Part shown: positions 59,282-64,000 of the stretch, piece after piece | How the letters are laid out: every line of letters starts with the position of its first letter | How positions within the stretch are numbered: position 1 is the first letter of the stretch | From: Terrimicrobiaceae bacterium | Lineage (GTDB): Bacteria; Verrucomicrobiota; Verrucomicrobiia; Chthoniobacterales; Terrimicrobiaceae | Assembly (NCBI GenBank): GCA_044342325.1 | Contig: JBIIPZ010000012.1 | Location: forward strand, 1 to 64,000 | DNA length: 64,000 bases | Direction of reading: 5' to 3' | Notes under the pieces: model-generated | Told to the model about the DNA's origin: nothing | What the model saw: only the letters and a program-made list of their open reading frames with translations | Database searches by the model: none | Made by a program: the position numbers and the translations under genes

Positions 59282-59773
59282 TCACTGGGGGGCGGGTTCG
59301 ACGGTGCCGTTTTGGCGGACGAGAAGGTTGCCCCTGCCGTGGGCGTTGCCGATTTCGATGAACCATGGCATTTGCGCGTTTTTGTTGGCATTGCCGGGTT
59401 GAGCTGAAAAGGGAGTTGGTAGGTAGTGGATCAGCGGCCGGTCAGCTTCGGGGGATGATCTGAAAAGCCTAGTGATCGTGGGACATCGCCATGTTTTTTC
59501 CGAGAGGCCGAGGTCTTTTTTCGTCTGCTCAAGCCACCAGCGCTGCTCTTCATTGGAACCTAGAGCGATTCCTTTGGGTATTTGCGGCCATCCATCTGTG
59601 GCATAACCAGAAAAGGCAGCCCTGAGGCTGCGGAGATTGTTCATGCAGACAACCATCTCTGCTTTTGGACTGATTTTTTCTAACGCAGGATAAATCGTCG
59701 CAACAAGGATAAGCACGATGCTTACGGCCGCCAGCATCTCCAAGAGGGTGAAGGCGCGTGCGGCGCGGTGCAT
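59282..59773 (-). CDS. Prepilin-type N-terminal cleavage/methylation protein
   Basis: AFTLLEML plus hydrophobic helix; C.NNLR and H..GN motifs. Confidence 0.9.
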   Translation of the reverse strand: MHRAARAFTLLEMLAAVSIVLILVATIYPALEKISPKAEMVVCMNNLRSLRAAFSGYATDGWPQIPKGIALGSNEEQRWWLEQTKKDLGLSEKTWRCPTITRLFRSSPEADRPLIHYLPTPFSAQPGNANKNAQMPWFIEIGNAHGRGNLLVRQNGTVEPAPQ

Positions 59774-59800
59774 CGGGAGATTGTGAGAACCTCGAAAACT

Positions 59801-60517
59801 TTAAGGAACCAAGACAGAAAATTCGTTCACCGAAGGAGGTCTTACATCTGCAGTGGAAAATGTGCTGGAGGTATTCGAAAGGCGAACGCCTGAGACGGAT
59901 ATCGGAATGCTGACAGCATCAAGGAATGGCGTGGTGCCAGAAAAATTAAGTTGTTGAAATTGAGCTTCCCCAGACCCACTAAACTTCTGGTTGGGAAATG
60001 CATTGGAGGCTTTGCACTCAGCGTAACCATTCAAGTAAAGGGAATCGAAGTAGAGGATTTGTTCAGTAGTTTGGAACGTTGTGGTCGAGGTATTAGTGAC
60101 AACGCCGTTCGATGTAGACGTTCCAAATGTGGTTACAGGAGTTTGCACACTAATTGAGTTTTGACCTTGACCTTGAACATCTGCCTGAAAATTGACCTCC
60201 ATGGTTGAAGCTTGGGAATTGTAAGATCCTTGCGAATTGCCGAGATAGGTATCCCCATCGTAGTAAATCGTGGAAACGCCTGTGGAGCCGGCACCTGTTT
60301 CGCCCGAACCAGAAGTGGTGCTGAATTGAACTGTTCCACTCAGATTCTCCCCGCGCACGACGGCGGAAAAAGTGCCGTCATTGGGAAAATAGCTGCCGTT
60401 GCTGAAAGGTCCTCCTGGAGCGCCTCCGAAGGCGCAGGCTTCAGGAGCTAAAGTGAACTGGAGCATCGCGACGAGAGAACCAATGAGCAGAGGAGCGAGT
60501 GTGGAGGTTTTTTTCAT
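59801..60517 (-). CDS. Exported Ser/Thr/Gly-rich beta protein of unknown function
   Basis: Signal peptide; AT-richer codon usage. Confidence 0.8.
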   Translation of the reverse strand: MKKTSTLAPLLIGSLVAMLQFTLAPEACAFGGAPGGPFSNGSYFPNDGTFSAVVRGENLSGTVQFSTTSGSGETGAGSTGVSTIYYDGDTYLGNSQGSYNSQASTMEVNFQADVQGQGQNSISVQTPVTTFGTSTSNGVVTNTSTTTFQTTEQILYFDSLYLNGYAECKASNAFPNQKFSGSGEAQFQQLNFSGTTPFLDAVSIPISVSGVRLSNTSSTFSTADVRPPSVNEFSVLVP

Positions 60518-60594
60518 GGTTGGGATTTGTTGATTAATAGTAAAATGAGTGTTGCGAAGTCAAAAAGAAATTGGCGATGGAGAAATTTAGCTCT

Positions 60595-62154
60595 TCAACG
60601 GACTTCCTTCATTTTGTCGATTGGGCCCAGGAGGCTGTCCAAGAATATATTGATGACATGGCGCTTGCGGATCTTGATGTTTACGCCCACGGACATGCCG
60701 GACTGGAGGGGGATTTCCTTGTTGCGAACGACGAGGGATTGTTTGGAGAGCGAGATTTTGGCCGGGAAGCTGTAGAATTTTTTGACCTCGTTGGGAGGGA
60801 GAACATCGGAGCCGACATAGTAGACCTCGCCGACGATGTAACCGAACTCGCGCTTGGGGAAGGTGTCCACCTCGACCTCGCAGGGCATGCCGACGCGAAT
60901 GAAGCCGATGTCGCGGTTTGTGATGTCCACCTTGGCGATCAACTCGCCGTTGGGCACGATGCGCAGCACAGGATCCTTGGCGGCGACCACTGTGCCGGGT
61001 TTGGTGGCCACCATTTCAAAAACAATGCCGTCCGAAAGGGACTTGATTTCGTGGCGGGTGAGGGTTTCGCGTGCAGCGGCGAGTTGGCTTTCGGCTTGGG
61101 ATATGCGCTGCATGTTTTCGAGCCGGACCTTGGTGAGGTTGGCATCGATTTCGGCAATGCGTTTGCCGTTTTCTTGAATGCGAGTGTTCGTCTCCGTCTT
61201 GAAAACCGTCGGGATATTCTGGGTCTGGGCCTCGAGATTTTTGACCTGCGCGGTGGCATTGAGCCACTCGGACTGGCGGGCGAGGTAGTCGACGCGAGAG
61301 AGGTTGCCCTCAAGGTTCAGCTTGGTGAAGGCCTCGAACGCGAGTTTTTTATTCTGCTCGATTTTCCGCAATTCCGCGAGCTGCTCGCTGGAGCGGAGGT
61401 ATTGCTCGGAGAGGCTGGTCAGCTCGTTGGCAAAATACTTGAGGTTGTCGAGATCGGCCTCCAGCGTGAGTTCACGGGCAAATTCGCCTTCGACGAGTCC
61501 CTTCATCGCGGCGAGTTGCGAGGCTACGGGATCGGCCGCTCCGGCTTTGGCAGGGGCCAAATCGGATGCGAGGATGGCGGCGTGGAGTTTGCCGGTCTCA
61601 TCGCGCAATCGGCGCAGGAGTTTGTTCTGCGCTTGGAGCGCAGTGCGGTTTTTCGCGAGATCGGCGATTTCCCTCGGGACGCTCTCGGGCGCGGACTCCG
61701 AAGCCACGGATTCGTTGAAGAGGCTCTCGTAAAACTCTCGTTCCATTTGCATCGAGGCCAAACGCTCTTCGAGGGATTTCACCTCGGCGGCAGCGACCTT
61801 GGAATCGAGGCGAACAAGACTCTGTCCCGCCTTCACCGAGTCACCTTCGCGGACCATCGATTCCTCGACGACGCCGCCAACGGGGGCCTGCACATCGCGC
61901 ACCGAGCCGCGTGGCTCGAGTTTGCCGGTTGCGTGGACGACCTCGTCGATCGGCGCGAGGCAGGCCCAGAGCACGGCTGCAACAAATGTGCCGATGATGG
62001 TCCACATGATAGACCGTGACCAGAAATGCGTTTGCCGCAGAACCATGGTGTCGGAGTCGGGGCGCAGCACATGGCGCAATGCAGGGACCGCCTTGATCAG
62101 GCGCTCAAAGAGCTTCCCGCCCTTTTCCAGAAATTTGTTTTGCTTCGTGTTCAT
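60595..62154 (-). CDS. HlyD family type I secretion membrane fusion protein
   Basis: TM segment, ATGKLEP, VREGD.V.AG, NRDIGFI and LQSGMSV motifs. Confidence 0.94.
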   Translation of the reverse strand: MNTKQNKFLEKGGKLFERLIKAVPALRHVLRPDSDTMVLRQTHFWSRSIMWTIIGTFVAAVLWACLAPIDEVVHATGKLEPRGSVRDVQAPVGGVVEESMVREGDSVKAGQSLVRLDSKVAAAEVKSLEERLASMQMEREFYESLFNESVASESAPESVPREIADLAKNRTALQAQNKLLRRLRDETGKLHAAILASDLAPAKAGAADPVASQLAAMKGLVEGEFARELTLEADLDNLKYFANELTSLSEQYLRSSEQLAELRKIEQNKKLAFEAFTKLNLEGNLSRVDYLARQSEWLNATAQVKNLEAQTQNIPTVFKTETNTRIQENGKRIAEIDANLTKVRLENMQRISQAESQLAAARETLTRHEIKSLSDGIVFEMVATKPGTVVAAKDPVLRIVPNGELIAKVDITNRDIGFIRVGMPCEVEVDTFPKREFGYIVGEVYYVGSDVLPPNEVKKFYSFPAKISLSKQSLVVRNKEIPLQSGMSVGVNIKIRKRHVINIFLDSLLGPIDKMKEVR

Positions 62155-63998
62155 TCGTCCGTGCGACCTCCTGTGTAGAGCGACTGGTAGTGGCCTTTGA
62201 GTTTCATCAAATCCTCATGGCGGCCGCGCTCAATCAGAATACCGCGATCAAAAACGAGGATGATGTCGGCGTGCTGCACCGAGCGCACACGGTGGGTGAC
62301 AAAAAAGACGGTCTTGCCTTGGAATTCCTTGGCGAGATTGCGGCAGACGAGGTTTTCCGAAACGGAATCCAGTGCACTGGTGGCCTCGTCGAGGATCAAC
62401 AAGCGAGGCCGCTGCAGCACGGCGCGGGCGATGGCGATACGCTGACGCTGACCGCCGGAAAGGGCGCGCCCCTGCTCGCCGACTTGGGTGTTATAGCCCT
62501 GCGGAAGACTCATAATGAAATCGTGCGCTCCGGCCACCCGCGCGGCGCGCATGATATCATCTGGCGAGGCGTCGGGGTCACCGATGGCGATATTTGAGAA
62601 GACCGAGGAATTGAAGAGAAGACTGTCTTGAAGCACCGTCCCGATCTGCCGCCGCAGGGAATAAAGCTCGACCTTGGCGATCTCGTAGTCGTCCACAAGA
62701 ATCCGGCCCGCGTCGGGATTGTAGAGGCGCGGGATGAGTTTGAGCACGGTGGATTTTCCAGATCCGCTCTTGCCGACAACGCCGACGAATGAACCCGCCG
62801 GTATCTCGAAGGAAACATTCCGCAACTGCGGTTGTTGGCCTGGGATGTAAGCGAAGGTGATGCTGTCGAATTCCACTTTGCCGGTGATGGCAGGCATGGG
62901 GATATTGTTTGCCTCCTCGCTCTTCTGCTCTTGCGGGCTGTCAATGACATCTCCGAGTCGTTCGACCGAGAGGGCGACCTCTTGGAAATTCTGCCAACTT
63001 TGCGCGAGGCGCATGAGTGGCGTGGTGACATAGCCGGCGATGATCCGGAAGGCGATAAGCTGGCCGAGCGTCAACTCGCCCTTGATGACAAGCACCGCGC
63101 CATACCAGAGAACTGCAAGGTCACCCAAGCGGCTCAGCAGAGTGGTCGCCGAGTTCATCGCAGTGGATGTGAGAACGGCATGGAAGCCTGCGCTGACAAA
63201 GCCGGCGTAGCGTTTTTGCCACTCCCAGCGCGAGGGTTGCTCGATGTTGCCGGCCTTGAGCGTTTGGACGCCGGTGAGTGTTTCGATGAGGTGGGCCTGG
63301 GATTTGGCGCCCTCTTCGGAACGGCGGCGGATTTGAGCCTGCAGGATGGGTGCTCCCAGAAGCGTGACGCCGGTCATGAATGGAACAACCAACAAGGCGA
63401 CGATCGCCAACTTCACATCGTAGAAAAACATGATCGCCATGTAGACGACGGAAAAAATGGCATCCAAACCGACCGTGAGAGCCGTTCCAGTCAAGAATTG
63501 GCGGATGTTCTCGAGCTCGTGCAGGCGGGAAGACACCTCGCCAACGGGACGGCGTTGAAAATAGCCGAGCGTGAGTTTGTAGAGGTGGTCCATGATCCGC
63601 GAACCCACAGCGAGGTCGATCCGGTTCGAGGTATCCACAAACAAATAGGTCCGAACTGCTGTGAGTGCGACCGAGGCAATGGCGATCAACACAAAAAGCA
63701 CCCCGAGGACATTCAGGGTATCAATGGAATTTTGGACCAGAACCTTGTCGATGATCACCTGCGTGAGGAGTGGATTCGCCAATCCGAGCAATTGGATAAA
63801 AAAGGAGGCGATGAAAACCTCGATCAGCACTTTCTTATGCTTGCGAATGGCAGGTAGGAACCATTTGAAACCGAATTTTCCCTTCTCCTCCTTCGGAAGC
63901 GGCCGCAGCAAGAGCAACTCGACCTCCGCCGGAAGGCGGGCCAGGAAATTGTCCACCGACAGGCGCTCCAGGCCAGTCCGAGGATTGGCAAGAACGAC
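62151..63998 (-). CDS. HlyB-type type I secretion ABC transporter (5' part beyond the window)
   Basis: QVIIDKVL, GKSGSGKST, LSGGQRQR and LDEATSALD motifs; the frame stays open to the window edge. Confidence 0.95.
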   Translation of the reverse strand, partial: VVLANPRTGLERLSVDNFLARLPAEVELLLLRPLPKEEKGKFGFKWFLPAIRKHKKVLIEVFIASFFIQLLGLANPLLTQVIIDKVLVQNSIDTLNVLGVLFVLIAIASVALTAVRTYLFVDTSNRIDLAVGSRIMDHLYKLTLGYFQRRPVGEVSSRLHELENIRQFLTGTALTVGLDAIFSVVYMAIMFFYDVKLAIVALLVVPFMTGVTLLGAPILQAQIRRRSEEGAKSQAHLIETLTGVQTLKAGNIEQPSRWEWQKRYAGFVSAGFHAVLTSTAMNSATTLLSRLGDLAVLWYGAVLVIKGELTLGQLIAFRIIAGYVTTPLMRLAQSWQNFQEVALSVERLGDVIDSPQEQKSEEANNIPMPAITGKVEFDSITFAYIPGQQPQLRNVSFEIPAGSFVGVVGKSGSGKSTVLKLIPRLYNPDAGRILVDDYEIAKVELYSLRRQIGTVLQDSLLFNSSVFSNIAIGDPDASPDDIMRAARVAGAHDFIMSLPQGYNTQVGEQGRALSGGQRQRIAIARAVLQRPRLLILDEATSALDSVSENLVCRNLAKEFQGKTVFFVTHRVRSVQHADIILVFDRGILIERGRHEDLMKLKGHYQSLYTGGRTDE

Positions 63999-64000
63999 GC

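Overview
Bacterial chromosome segment, probably Verrucomicrobiota (inferred from gene content and protein style; no marker rRNA in the window). (1) 1-7.8 kb, visibly AT-richer than the rest: six tandem minus-strand flagellin genes behind a single sigma28-type promoter. One carries a von Willebrand factor A (MIDAS) domain in place of the hypervariable region, and one lacks the conserved C-terminal tail. Five share a structured 5' leader with a CsrA-type GGA hairpin, and a triplicated ~290-bp GGA-rich non-coding unit (candidate CsrA sponge RNA) lies inside the array. (2) 7.9-46.6 kb: mostly housekeeping genes (ribBA, ybeY, phoH, ADP-heptose genes, glgE, two GspE/PilB ATPases, uppP, glnB, eno, fmt, pyrH, frr, rnhA, nuoA, clpS). 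This part also has an alkaline-phosphatase homologue that has lost its catalytic residues, next to a degenerate ECF sigma/anti-sigma pair, and a RelB/DinJ-MazF toxin-antitoxin pair. (3) 46.9-64 kb, accessory: DUF433/PIN toxin-antitoxin pair, methyltransferase, 2104-aa RTX protein, orphan Phd antitoxin, a RAYT transposase flanked by GTAG-type REP arrays, a pilin-like gene and a type I secretion HlyD/HlyB pair. Short hairpin elements ending in GTCAA sit precisely inside 9-bp-periodic intergenic repeats at four places. All calls were made by eye; no database searches were run.
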